Below, piece by piece: positions 12,700-25,745 of a stretch of 64,000 nucleotides of DNA (positions are counted from its first letter, which is position 1; each line of letters opens with the position of its first letter). The translations under genes and the position numbers were made by a program. Below the pieces are notes generated by a model, which searched no databases, was not told where the DNA came from, and saw nothing but the letters and a program-made list of their open reading frames with translations. The DNA lies in contig OZ024742.1 of NCBI GenBank assembly GCA_964016885.1, positions 143,840,001 through 143,904,000 on the forward strand, read 5' to 3'. This stretch comes from Eledone cirrhosa. Its lineage: Eukaryota.

Positions 12700-13070
12700 A
12701 TGTTCAGATATTCATGAATGGCTCTGCACAGTGCCCTCAGCCACTTCAAATTATTAAGCAATCGTCAGAAGAGATGCACAATGGTCCTAGTCCAGAAATT
12801 TGTGAATTTTGTCGACCAACTTTTGCGTCCTGATGTCCCTCTCCTTCCCACACCTCTCGTTGTCACTCAATTGCTCCCTGTCCCCCTGGAACATCTTGTG
12901 CCAGCAAAAAACAGTCTCCCGGCTCATGAAAGTTAGTCCATAAGCAGTTTCGACTATTCCATAGTTTTTCTGCGGCGTTTTTGCCGAGCTTGACACAAAA
13001 CTGTATTGCCTATCGAGCCTCAAAGTTGTCCTCACGTCCCAAATACATTGTGGAACCAGTCAACTATGAC
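12700..13070 (-). mobile_element. Decayed mariner transposase N-terminal (HTH) fragment
   Basis: ETAYGLTFMSRETVFCWHKMFQGDREQLSDNERCGK resembles the mariner YG...SR..VF.W...F..GRE...D..R.GRP pattern. Confidence 0.75.
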
Positions 13071-13786
13071 AAGACGTGTATAACAGGTAGTGTTTAAAGT
13101 GCTGTAGTGGCCCGAACCTTCAACCTGGAAAAAAGATTTTGGATGTTAGCTTATTATAACCATATCAAGGATGAAGTAGCGTGTCAGTTACATAGATCAA
13201 TTAAAAATGCCTGAAAAGTCTCAGACTAACAAAGCTAACTTCGTTGAGATTTGAACTGGAAACGTAAATAAAATTAACTAATTACCGCAACACATTATTT
13301 TGGCTCGACACTCTACCGATTCTGCCAACCCAGCACTTATTATTTGGTTTCAGTTCGTATTTTTTACAGTCCTCTGTGCTAGCTTTTAAAAGGTAATTAA
13401 GGTGCCAACTTAAGAAGAGCTCAAATTTATTGTAAACGATATTCTACTTTGAAAAATGCAATTCTAGGACTGCGTGAAAAAATCAATAACAATTAATATT
13501 CTTTTTCTCCTCCCGTATCATTGTTCGTTAAAGAGTTCAACATATTTTGTTCGGCAGTATTCTTCAATTGTTTCGTGCCTTTCCTATTTTTACCTGCGGT
13601 GGAAATATGACATGTTTGCTCTCGAATGTCCAAGAAGTTATTTGTTGTTGTTCTTGTTGTAACTATTGACATTACTATTATTGTTCATATTTTTTGATTC
13701 CATGTTAATTCTTATTTCCTTTCAACATGTCCCATTTAATTCGACTAAGCAACACATTAAAGTGCACACACACACACACGCGCGCG

Positions 13787-13859
<73 letters not shown>

Positions 13860-13865
13860 ACACAC

Positions 13866-13903
<38 letters not shown>

Positions 13904-13905
13904 AC

Positions 13906-13981
<76 letters not shown>

Positions 13982-14922
13982 GCGCGCGAATAAATGCAAA
14001 GATATGAATTTCGGATTGGCGCACACATTGAATGTGAATATGAGAATTAAAATGAAATACAATAAAATATTATTTACACAGAGCAATGAAGTTATAAGAT
14101 TGAAAAATTACATTAATTTAAGCAACGTTGCAGAACAAAAATTAAAGAATTTCAACCGTCATATTTGACTCCTTTTATTTGCTTCATTCCATTGAATGGA
14201 ATGAAGTGGGAGTTTTGTTGTTCCTGGATGAAGATGAAATTAAGTCTTGCAGCAGTTCTTCCATTGTTACAAACCATTTTTATAGTTAACATATTATATA
14301 GATTGCATTGTTCTCATTTTTATTTTATACAGCAACGTTATACACCATCATAAAAATTATAAGATTGTTTGTTTTATATGATTATTATCGTTACTGCGAT
14401 CCGCTTTTTGATGGCTGTATGAACTCATTTCTTTTTATCTTTAATAATCTTAAGAGAAACAAAACCTGAACAGCACACAATTCCTTTTCTCTTGAAATGT
14501 ATCAGTAGCTGTTTCTTGCATAGTCATTAAATATTTAGGGATGCGGAGATGGGCAAAATACGCCATCCTTCTCATTCTCTATTCATTAGCATCGTATGGA
14601 AAGTGAAATAGTTTCAAATATCACAGACGTTAACACTCGGGTCCCAAATAATAGGAGGGAGGGTTGCAATAAGCGTGGAGTTCGAAAATTGGTAATTGTT
14701 CTAGGTTGTCTCCGTTGATTTAAAAAAACAAACAAACAGAATTAGTCGTTTAGTTAACATATTGAGACTCCAACCCATTCTATTTATTTTATAACGTATG
14801 AGATTTCTAGTAATGTTTTTTTTAAATTTATATTATTATATTTTGCTCTCAATCGCACATAACTACACCTAACTGCACCAATGTGTCCTACTCACGGTGT
14901 AAATATGTTCCTTGAGATGATG

Positions 14923-15748
<826 letters not shown>

Positions 15749-15757
15749 ATATTATAT

Positions 15758-15801
<44 letters not shown>

Positions 15802-15856
15802 AATATGGGGAGAAGAATACTGCATGGTTGCACATGGATAACATGTTATAAAATGA

Positions 15857-15957
15857 GTCCCTCATCAGTGATGTGCCAACGGTCATTGGTATTTCATTGC
15901 ATTAAAAATCATATACCTCACGTTGGTGCAATAATAACTAAAATAAGTTATTAGGAC
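15857..15957 (-). ncRNA. Permuted, kink-turn-containing hammerhead-like RNA motif (family W2)
   Basis: GUCC-hairpin-AUUGCA-CCAACG-UGA-GGUAUA-UGAU...UGCAAU-GAAA-UACC-AAUGAC-CGUUGG...AUCA-CUGAUGA-GGGAC; all helices pair. Confidence 0.7.
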
Positions 15958-16322
15958 AATTAAAACGCGTAAAGCGAGTGAGACAAGTAAACAACACAGG
16001 GGAAAGCTAACCGAAGATAGGAAGAAACACAAGCTACATAGTTATTCTATCAGTATAAGCTGGGTGAATATATGAGCGAGTAAGAAATAGACCTTTCGCG
16101 ATGAATCCGATGTAAGAAAGAAGGAAAATCGTTTTCGTGGCGAACGGGGGGAAGTGAGAAGGGGAGAAACAGTGAGTGAGTGGAAGTGCGAGGAAGAGGT
16201 TAGTAGAGAGAAAGTGTTAACTGACATGACAGAAGGGACGAAAGAAAGTAAGAGAAACAGAGAGAACGAGGGAGCAGTAAGAGAGAGAGAAAAACAGAAT
16301 CGCAGTTTAGGTAAATATATGT

Positions 16323-16403
16323 GAAAAATATGGGGAGAAGAATACTGCATGGTTGCACATGGATAACATGTTATAAAATGAGTCCCTCATCAGTGATTTG
16401 CCA
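16323..16403 (-). repeat. Truncated direct repeat of the W2 element 3' end (copy of 15797-15879)
   Basis: TGAAAAATATGGGGAGAAG...CCCTCATCAGTGAT is identical in both. Confidence 0.85.
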
Positions 16404-16448
16404 AATAAAATAATTAAGTCAAATGTTTAAAATTTGGCTTCGTTTATT

Positions 16449-16503
16449 ACTGCTATATATATTTCGGTGACAGCCATCTTTGGCTGTGACCTCTTCAGGT
16501 AGT
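16449..16503 (-). ncRNA. Type I hammerhead ribozyme motif
   Basis: ACUAC-CUGAAGA-GGUCACAGCCA(AAGA)UGGCUGUCACC-GAAA-UAUAUA-UA^GCAGU; palindromic stem/loop III. Confidence 0.75.
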
Positions 16504-16626
16504 CTGGATTAGTGTGGTAGAGACGAGTACACATGTTGTTGAGGTGTTTAACTTTGTCAATACTCTGATATGCCCAGTTCCTGGTTGGGTTGTTATTTCA
16601 CTGAGGAACTGGAATCAACCAACACA

Positions 16627-16707
<81 letters not shown>

Positions 16708-17799
16708 ACATTATATGTATATATATAATTACATTTGTGAGTGTGTGTGTGTATGCGCGTGCGTGTGTGTGTGTGTGTGTGTGCGTGTCCTTATGATCGT
16801 ATGTGTGTTTGTGTGTGTCTGTGTCACAAATTCCACGCAAAAATATTACATTGTCTATTCAAAGGATTCATTTTATCCTTATATCTAAACCAAGATGAAA
16901 ACGAAAGATTTCTTGTCCTGATAAGTTCGGTTTTTGCAACAACAGCTAACACAATCCAAGGGTAGCCACCTCTTCCTTACAGATGGAAATCTGCTAAAAA
17001 AAAGGGGCCTTTTTTTCTTATGGACAGTAAAATAATACAGATTATTATTTATTTATCTATTTATTTATTTATTTATTTAGTGTGTGTGCAAGTTTGCCAA
17101 ATTTCAAGAAACATTTGAAAACTGAATTTAGATAATAAAAAGTCTTTATTTGTTTTGTTCTTATTGTTGTTATTATTGTTGCCATATTTTGTTCTTTATT
17201 AACCATAAAACAGAATGCAACACTATATAGATAACACAATAAAGTATAATACAAGTCTGTATAAAATAATAGAACACAATACCATACAATGCAAATCAAT
17301 ACACTATATCACACTATACTACAATACAGAGTAATACAATACAATACAACACAACAACTAATTTTGTTTTTCTTCGATGTAAGAATATATATGATATTAA
17401 AAGTAAATAAGTTTACAAAGGTTCTACATTAAATAATGGAGTCCGTTAACAGTTAAGACCTCGATCAATAAATTTAGCCACTATTTTGAGATAATTACAA
17501 ATAGGATCCCGAGAAACCAAATGGATAAAAAAAATTCGATGAAAGGAAGTAAAAGACAGGAAAAAGAATAGAAGAATAAATAACAATTGTATTAATGTAC
17601 GCAGGAGGAGTGAAGATAGGCTCTCTAGAGAAAAGGTTATGCACTCTCGCCAAACAGAAACTACGAGACAAGTTCTAACGCCCGACTGAAGCACTGACAC
17701 TCTTGAGAAATGTATAAACGTTGCAACATACTATTTAACTTCCATAAAAAATCACAAAGCTTGCCACATAGCTAAAGGCCTCCATATTATAAGCAATAG

Positions 17800-17859
<60 letters not shown>

Positions 17860-17863
<4 letters not shown>

Positions 17864-17956
17864 GGAGGTGAGTTTTATTGTAGTACAATAAAGCAATGCA
17901 GATATCGGATAAGAAGCACTCTACAGTTTGTAGGACTGGAGTATACATAATATATA
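17860..17956. repeat. ~96-bp dispersed repeat (copy of 11586-11681)
   Basis: Reverse-complement match. Confidence 0.8.
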
Positions 17957-18286
17957 AGATCAAAAGATGGTTAAATGAGTTCCATGTATTTTATTATGCG
18001 CATTTCAAAAACAAATATCATCATGCAATAACATTTGTGTTTTCATCAGATAAAATAGGAAGACATGATATGAAGGTTAAAAACACTTGTGGATAGTGCA
18101 GTTTTAAATCAACATATATGTTGATTTAAAACTGCACTATCCACAAGTGTTTTTAACCTTCATATCATGTCTTCCTATTTTATCTGATGAAAACACAAAT
18201 GTTATTGCATGATGATATTTGTTTTTGAAATGCGCATAATAAAATACATGGAACTCATTTAACCATCTTTTGATCTTATATATTAT
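17947..18286. repeat. 340-bp perfect palindrome (tail-to-tail PLE-like terminus)
   Basis: Symmetry axis in CATA|TATG at 18116/18117; each arm holds a hammerhead. Confidence 0.9.
18176..18246 (+). ncRNA. Type I hammerhead ribozyme motif (mirror copy at 17987-18057, - strand)
   Basis: UAUUUUAU-CUGAUGA-[long stem II]-GAAA-UGCGCA-UA^AUAAAAUA; 8-bp stem I; palindromic UGCGCA. Confidence 0.85.
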
Positions 18287-18289
18287 ATA

Positions 18290-18946
18290 CTAGCAGTAAA
18301 GCCCGGCGTTGCTCGGGGTCGCTCAGTAGCTGTGTTAAAGTTACAATGTTAAGTTTCTTTTTTTGCTTAAAGTCTGTCTGCACGACTGTCTGTCTGCACG
18401 CATAACGAAATTTACAGATACATATATTTTAAATAAACTTATATAATTTTTGCTTTTTTTTACGAAATATTTGCTTGTTTTACGTAGTCTTTAAATAGAC
18501 TTGTTTTCAAGTAAAAATATTGTTTTAAAAGGCTTTTAAATGGAAATGAAGCAAAACGGAAGCTTAGTGTTCGAACTGATGAATTTTGCAGGTCAAAATT
18601 TTGCTGGCTCGACAACTGTTCGTGTATTGTGTTAATGTCATTTTAAACGCTGAGAAAGCCAGCGTAATTTTTTTAATTTTTGCACGCAGAAAATGTAAAC
18701 AACGTAAGACGCTCAATGTAAACAGAATAAAGGGAAATAACTCGTCACTTACGCTCAAAAATCGATACATTAGATTCGATTTCGTCACATAGGGTGGGTC
18801 AATTTGAAATATTTTTTTCCGATGTCTTCGCTAGGGCTCAATGTACAAGTATAGCAATTTCGGTGCAATTCCGTCAGAGATTCTAAGAGGAGATGTGTGC
18901 CAAAAATCGATAGACAGACAGACAACCACAGCTTTATATATATAGA
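18290..18946 (-). mobile_element. Non-autonomous Helitron-type element
   Basis: Minus strand starts TCTATATATATAAAG, ends with hairpin CCCGAGCAACGCCGGG then CTAG; A|T insertion context. Confidence 0.7.
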
Positions 18947-19163
18947 TATATATATATACATACTATTGGACCTTTCTCCTACCAGCCCCGACTTTCAATC
19001 TCGGACATTTCAATTATCTCTCTCTCTCTCTCTCTCTCTCCCGGTTACTGACATACATGTGCTTCTCCTCGTGTACCCCCTCTCTTTATCGGTAAGTTCT
19101 TTGCGTGCTTTTCTCTTTTATTTTCCCTTCTGTTTAATTTATTGTTTCTCTCTCCTTTTTTCC

Positions 19164-19264
19164 TTCCCAAATAACTTACAAAAGTTATTGACGCACTGGA
19201 GATAGACATATTGTCTTTAATGTGTTGAAATATCCGAGACCCCCAGCAGACAACTGAAGAGGAA
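19164..19264 (+). ncRNA. Permuted, kink-turn-containing hammerhead-like RNA motif (family W1, more decayed copy)
   Basis: UUCC-hairpin-GACGCA-CUGGAG-AUA-GACAUA-UUGUCU...UGUGUU-GAAA-UAUC-CGAGAC-CCCCAG-C-AGACAA-CUGAAGA-GGAA. Confidence 0.6.
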
Positions 19265-19289
19265 ACCTGCCCCTTGTTTGTGCTTTCCT

Positions 19290-19336
<47 letters not shown>

Positions 19337-19688
19337 CAGATGATAGACGTCTCAACATCACCCAAATCCTGCAAATCTGCAGCCTCACATGTGCACAGAA
19401 ATGACTTTTCAATCCAGCAGCAAAAGGCATAACCAAGATCCCACTCCCAGACACTGACATGAAATCCAGCATAGGAAACATCGGGAGCTCGGCTTCGGTT
19501 GTCAGATGCTATATGAGAAGCAAGCCGTTTGGGGCGTTTTAGTAGAGAGTAGATCCTCAAACTACCATCCATACGTATACGAGATAAATTAATGTAGGAA
19601 TACCTCCAGTATAAACAAACCACAATTTTGTTGAGAAAACGTACTCAAAGCTATTATAATTACATTATTGTTAACTTTGCCGTGGATT

Positions 19689-20203
19689 GGGCGGTGGATT
19701 GGCAGTATCGGTAGAGGGTCGGACGCCATGCTTTCCAGCATAGTTACGTCCCTTTACGATCTGAGTTCAAATCCCGCCGAGGTTGACGTTGCCTTTCATC
19801 CTTACGGGGTCGATAAAATAAAGTACCAGTAATGCACTGGGTAATTGCTGGCCTTGTGCCTAAAGTAGAAACAATTATTGTTAACTTTGCCTTTCATCCT
19901 TACGGGGTCGATAAAATAAAGTACCAGTAATGCACTGGGGTAATTGCTGGCCTTTTGCCTAAAGTAGAAACAATTATTACTTTCTTAGGTGAATTGGCTG
20001 TACCGGTAGGGGGTCGGACGCCATGCGTTCTAGCATAGAGTTATGCCCCTTTATGGTCTGAGTTCAAATCCCGCCGAGGGAAACGTTGCCTTTCATCCTT
20101 ACGGGGTCGATAAAATAAAACACCAGTAATGTACTGAGGGATCGATTTAATCGACTCCCCCCGCTAAATTGCTGACCTTGTGCCTAAATCAGAAACAATT
20201 ATT
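19689..20203 (+). mobile_element. Three tandem SINE copies (full, 3' half, variant)
   Basis: Family matches at ~19689-19878, 19879-19979 and 19988-20203. Confidence 0.85.
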
Positions 20204-20647
20204 ACTTTTTTAGTACACAGAAAATATATTGGGATCATTTTTACATGTTTCATAGCTTATTGAGTATTGATCGGGAGATAAGTATTCTTATTTTCCATCA
20301 ATGGAGAGGAGAGAGATCTAGAACATGACGTGAATACTCAGCAAGATTGTAGCGTGAGTTAAATCTCGTGTTAAAATGATTTCACTTTCTTCATTATTGG
20401 TATATGAGTAAATATAACCAATTGCCGAAATGTATTTGGAGCGCTGTATCAATTAACAAATGGCTCATTACCACTTTTCCCAGATTCAGAATTAAATACT
20501 CTGATCCAGTAACCTCTGAAATTTCCCTTATTGTCTGCGTGATTTGGGTTTTTTTTTTCCTTTAAGACACTAAATTAAGTCGTTCAAGCGAAACATCAAC
20601 ATCATCAAGCATGTCTGCTTTTGAAAACCTACAAAGGTTATGGTTAC

Positions 20648-20828
20648 TGATTATTCATTCTCATTTGACTATCTTATAACAATGCTATATCTATATATTA
20701 ATTTGAACAATGTCAGTATTCCGTGTGTCATAATTCTCTGATTATTCATTCTCATTTGACTATCTTATAAAAATGCTATATCTATATATTAATTTGAACA
20801 ATGTCAGTATTCCGTGTGTCATAATTCT
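20648..20828 (+). repeat. Tandem duplication of a ~90-bp unit
   Basis: CTGATTATTCATTCTCATTTGAC...GTCATAATTCT occurs twice. Confidence 0.85.
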
Positions 20829-21330
20829 CGATTATCATTGGTTCATAGGTTTCAAACGACTCCGCCCACCTCAACGACGCCAAACTTAAATTAATATGCA
20901 TAATGCCAATGAGGGAGTGAGAGGGGAGAGAGAGGCAAAGTGAACGCTGTGTTGGATACACTATGTATATGTGTCAGTGTAGAGACGTGTGTGTGTGTGT
21001 GATGTGTGTGGAAATAAGAGGGGAAGGAAAGCAATAACTATTAACATGTATGCGTGTGTATGTACGTGCGCGTATGTTTATGTGTGTGTGCGTGCGTGCA
21101 GCGTTCCACAGAAAGTAAAAACTATCAACATGTGTGAGTGTGTACGTGTGTGTAAGTTTGCGTGCGTGTGCGCGTTTCCATGCGTGTATGTGTGTGTACG
21201 TGCGGCATCCCACAATCGCCACGCAGTTTATCTGTCTGTGTGCCTGTCTGTCAGTCTAACATACACAGAGTTGTGAAGGGAGTAAATAGGGACCTTTTTT
21301 TACATTGACGGACATCTTTTATATTAATTA

Positions 21331-21689
21331 TCTATATCTATATCTACATATAATATAAAAGATTGGAACTTCCATCATCCTTTTGAGAAACGTGGAACAA
21401 CCACGTCTATGCAATGATACACGTTTTTCAGTCAGGCAGAAGATGAACCATCTCCTAGAGGTCTCTATTCTAGGTGGGAGCACCTAGAATTGTTCATATA
21501 CTATGCACAAACAGTACAACGAAGAATCTGGTAAATCCGGAAGATTTTTTTAACTGTTTTTTGCATCACACAGACACCACAGACTCGCCTCATACTGTAA
21601 CCAGACAAACATCCAATACAGTCATTTCCTCTTTTACCTGTCTTCTCTTATCATCTGTTTACCCGGGCGAAGCTGGGTACATCAGCTAG
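21331..21689 (+). mobile_element. Non-autonomous Helitron-type element
   Basis: Starts TCTATA..., ends with hairpin CCCGGGCGAAGCTGGG then CTAG-T. Confidence 0.7.
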
Positions 21690-22394
21690 TTATACTAAAG
21701 GCTTGGGTGTTATATACATTAATAGAATATATCTATCGACTTTAGTCAGTACTGGATAAACAATATATTTGTGCAGAGAAAAAGAAGGATCAATCGAACT
21801 AGTTTCAATCCGGTGTTGGAACTTCATTAGTGACTGAATGCTGTTTTTAACTGCCCACGAAGATACTGCTGTTACTATGGACTTGCCCACGAAGATACTG
21901 CTGTTACTATGGACTTAAGTAAATGGGAACGACTGATTTACTTATATAACGCATTATTGGCAGATACTTAGATAAATATACTCTTTCTCTTCTCTCTGTC
22001 CCGTAACTTCTGATAGAGTGGAAGGGGTAACATATTGACATACGGCATTTCTTGGGCATTTTAAACCTGGTAGAGCCCATCCCTCTCCAGATCTGAGTAC
22101 AGGAGATTTCTTCCAGAGAAAGATAAAACGTGAGAGAGAGGATGAGAAACAGGCATAGAGGAAAAATCGTCCCCAGTACTAGTCTGGTACTTTCTTATCG
22201 ACCTCGAAAGGACGAAAGGCAAAATTGACCTCGGTGGGATTTGAACTCAGAGAGAGCAGAGAGCTGGAACGAATACCACAAAGCATTCTATCCGATGTTC
22301 TAACTACCTGCTAATTCGCCGACTACAGATAGATATACTACTGGTGCATTAATAGTGTTTTGTTCCAATGCTATTATATATTATAGGGTATATT

Positions 22395-22795
22395 GGCGGT
22401 GAATAGGCAGAAACATTAGAGGGTCGGATAAAATGGTTTGAGGTATTTATTCCAGCATTTTGTGTTCTCAGATCAAATCCAGTCAAGTTCAACCATACCT
22501 TTCATCCTTACGAGGTCGATAAATAAAGCACAAGTCTAGGTGGTGGACTAACCGAATTATTAGGGCGTCGATCATTCTCAGTTCAAATCCAGTCAAGTTC
22601 AACCATACCTTTCATCCTTACGAGGTCGATAAATAAAGCACAAGTCTAGGTGGTGGACTAACCGAATTATTAGGGCGTCGATCATTCTCAGTTCAAATCC
22701 AGTCAAGTTCAACCATACCTTTCATCCTTACGAGGTCGATAAATAAAGCACAAGTCTAGGTGGTGGACTAACTGAATTATTAGGGCGTCGATCAG
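22395..22795 (+). repeat. Old SINE with a triplicated ~120-bp segment
   Basis: TTCTCAG.TCAAATCCAGTCAAG...TAGGGCGTCGATCA at ~22465, 22576 and 22686. Confidence 0.8.
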
Positions 22796-23301
22796 AATGC
22801 CTTGTGTTATTTGTTCCGGTTATTATGAGGCTCCTTTTTCAGGTGGACTGCTGTCTTTCCGATTTTGCGATGAATATCGGCAGTGCGGGGATAAAAGACA
22901 CCAGAGGTCTCGACAGCGACCGGTGAACTAGGTTTCTATTCAATTTCAAAAAGTATGAGTATGAGTATGAGTAAGGAGGGGGGGAAATAAGTGATAGTTA
23001 TGGTATGGAAGGATGGATAGCAGAAGTTACATGCGAGTTGTTGGCAGAGAGAACTGTCAAAACAACGATACACTTATTACTGACCACTAATATAACATGT
23101 GAATATCTGGCAGTATGAGAAACGTAGTAGGAGAGTCATGGGGATGTATGTGAGCATGTGTGTGTTATGAGTGTGTGTGTGTGAAAGAGAGAGAGAGACA
23201 GAGAGAGAGAGCATATGTGTGAGTGTAGGGTGCAGAAGCAAAAGGATAGACAGATTCCTTGTTTCATGAATAAATACTTACACCCGAGAGGAGAGGGCGA
23301 G

Positions 23302-23396
<95 letters not shown>

Positions 23397-23773
23397 AAAG
23401 TTAAGAAAGAAGACAGAAAGAGACATTTAATATTTTCTGTAATCAATTTATTCCAGTCAAGTAGAAAAATTTTACCAATCTATTTTATGATTCTATTCAT
23501 TAAGGACTTATCGATTTTTGGACTTTTTGAGTGACTGCTCATCTGCTGACGCATTTGAGTTGCTGTTGTTTTTATTGTTATTCTTGTTCTGGCTGTTCTG
23601 CATTTTAATCCTACTGAGCAGAACTATGATCAAATGCATTCCAGCCTTGACAATCCCACCTTTTAGAGGTATCTAGGAGCACATTATTTTTCAGCAGTGT
23701 GATTTTGGTTGTTATTTTTAGCAAGTCGAGCGACTGTGTAAAGGTTCCTTTTTGGTTTTTGTTATAGTTCTTC

Positions 23774-23981
23774 GGCGGTGGATTGGCAGTATCGGAAGAG
23801 GGCCGGAGGCTATGCTTTGCAGCATAGAGTTACGGCCCTTTGCGGGCTCAGTTCAAATTCCGCCGGGGTTAACTTTGCCTTTCATCCCTATGGCGTCGAT
23901 AAAATAAAGTACCAGTAATGTACTGGGCAAGTAACCCACTGGGATAATTTCTGGCCTTGTGTCAAAAGTAGAAACAGTTAT
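23774..23981 (+). mobile_element. tRNA-derived SINE copy
   Basis: Family match. Confidence 0.85.
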
Positions 23982-25454
23982 AGTTCTTGTTATTGTTTAG
24001 GTTTCAAAAAATGGAGCTAAAGTAGAGAATTTAAGAAGGAGTACACTATCTAGTGTGCTTTGGGGAGGACTGCACTGCCATTTCGAGCAAATTAAGAGAT
24101 CATGTAGAGATTTTTCGTTATAGAGTTGCTCCAATGTATGATGTGCTTCATGAAAGACTTATCTGAGACATGAAATCAAAAGCCTGAATCTTACGTTTGC
24201 CACCTCAAGGGTCTAGTTCTTAATTTCAGATTGGAATGTTGAATACAGGCTGTTTTTTGACGTGGAGAAGGATAGACAAGACTAAGATACGGCGTATGTA
24301 AGTACGGCGCCCTTACGATTCCATCAAGAGTTAAAGTTCCTCTGTCTTTTGATCTGAATATAATTACAAAAAAAGGATGTTTTCAGAGTTTTATAATGTT
24401 TTCTATTGTACTCTTTACATCCTTTGATACTTTTTAATCATCATCGAAACTCTATAAAACTCTGCTTTCTTTCACATTGTTAGCGATATTCTTTTTCTTC
24501 AGTTATAATGATAGGAACGTACTCGATTACGTGTAACAAATACGTGCTCGGATCAAAGTCGTAGAGTAAATGAAGACGCCACTGATTTTATCACATTTAT
24601 CAGTCATTTTCATGTTAAAATTATTTTCGCACGATTTAAAGAGACTGATTGAAACCAAAGTAGCGAACTGATCGACACGTAATACGTTTTTAATAAATGT
24701 AAACAAACGATGCGATTGTTGCATCAATCTCAACAACACCTCTTTGATGTAACGCTTTATAAGTTCTTCCAATTCACAAAAGATGGGTCACATACAATAT
24801 GGCTAATTACCTGTTCACGAGACCTCCATATCATGTTCAGATAATTGGCATGCGGATAACAGAGATTTGACTGCATCAATGCATTACAATAGCTTTAGAT
24901 ATTCCCTCAAACTAATGATATATTATCAAGCTCCAGCACTTTGTCAATGTTGTTTTAACCTAGGTCATTCCTTATCAAGCTAACTATATATCAAAGGCAT
25001 TTCACTCACGTTTGCCCAGGTATATCTAGGATTACATTTTCTAATGTGTCCTTCAAAAATACACTGTGTTATTTATTCCATCCAAGTTGTATAAACATAC
25101 CCTTAGTGTTGTATAAGTTGTTTCCTGTAACAAAAGTATATCAGTAATGAATAAGTATAATTATTAATCACTACATTATTTTAATAACTAACTTTTTGAG
25201 AACATATTATTTATTGTGCGTTGGTTGCAAAACCTATAACCGTCGATGATATCGTTTACAAAATGTTTGTTATAAAATAAATATACTAGCCTGAGTCCAG
25301 CTATCTTAAATTTGTCACAAAGGTGAAGACAGATTCAGGGTGTCGTAGTGTTGGCACCGTTAGTTCTAATTAAATTATTAAGTTTTAAAATATAGGAATC
25401 CAAACGCAGAAAATAACTGTAACAACAGTCGACCGCTATGAAAAAAAAACGACC

Positions 25455-25745
25455 CAGTGCATTACTGGTGCTTTATTTTATCGACTCTGTAAGGATGATT
25501 TGAACTTAAAACGTAAAAGGCCGTAACTCTATGCCGACGTACTAAATAGTGATAATCTACTACAGGTACAAGGCCAGCAATTTTGGCGGGAGAGAAAATT
25601 AAATTGACCCAGTGCGTTATCGACCCCGTAAGGATGAAAGGCAAAGCTAACCTCGGCGGGATCTGAACTCAGAACGTAAAGAGGTGTGACTCTATGTCGC
25701 TAAGCCTGTTGTCCGACGCTCTACCGATTCTGGGAATTCACCGCT
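25455..25745 (-). mobile_element. Two adjacent diverged SINE fragments
   Basis: Core TTATCGACCCCGTAAGGATG and B-box complement. Confidence 0.7.

Noticed and set aside
13666-14086. ORFs encoding (HT)n/(CV)n/(YI)n peptides here and throughout the window
   Set aside because: Translations of (CA)n/(TA)n microsatellites, not genes
15857-15890. SECIS interpretation of the AUGA/GA motif in the permuted RNA
   Set aside because: The GA partner strand lies upstream, not downstream, and there is no apical AA loop at SECIS spacing
22455-22795. CRISPR-like array
   Set aside because: Whole units are repeated with no unique spacers; eukaryotic SINE-derived tandem duplication
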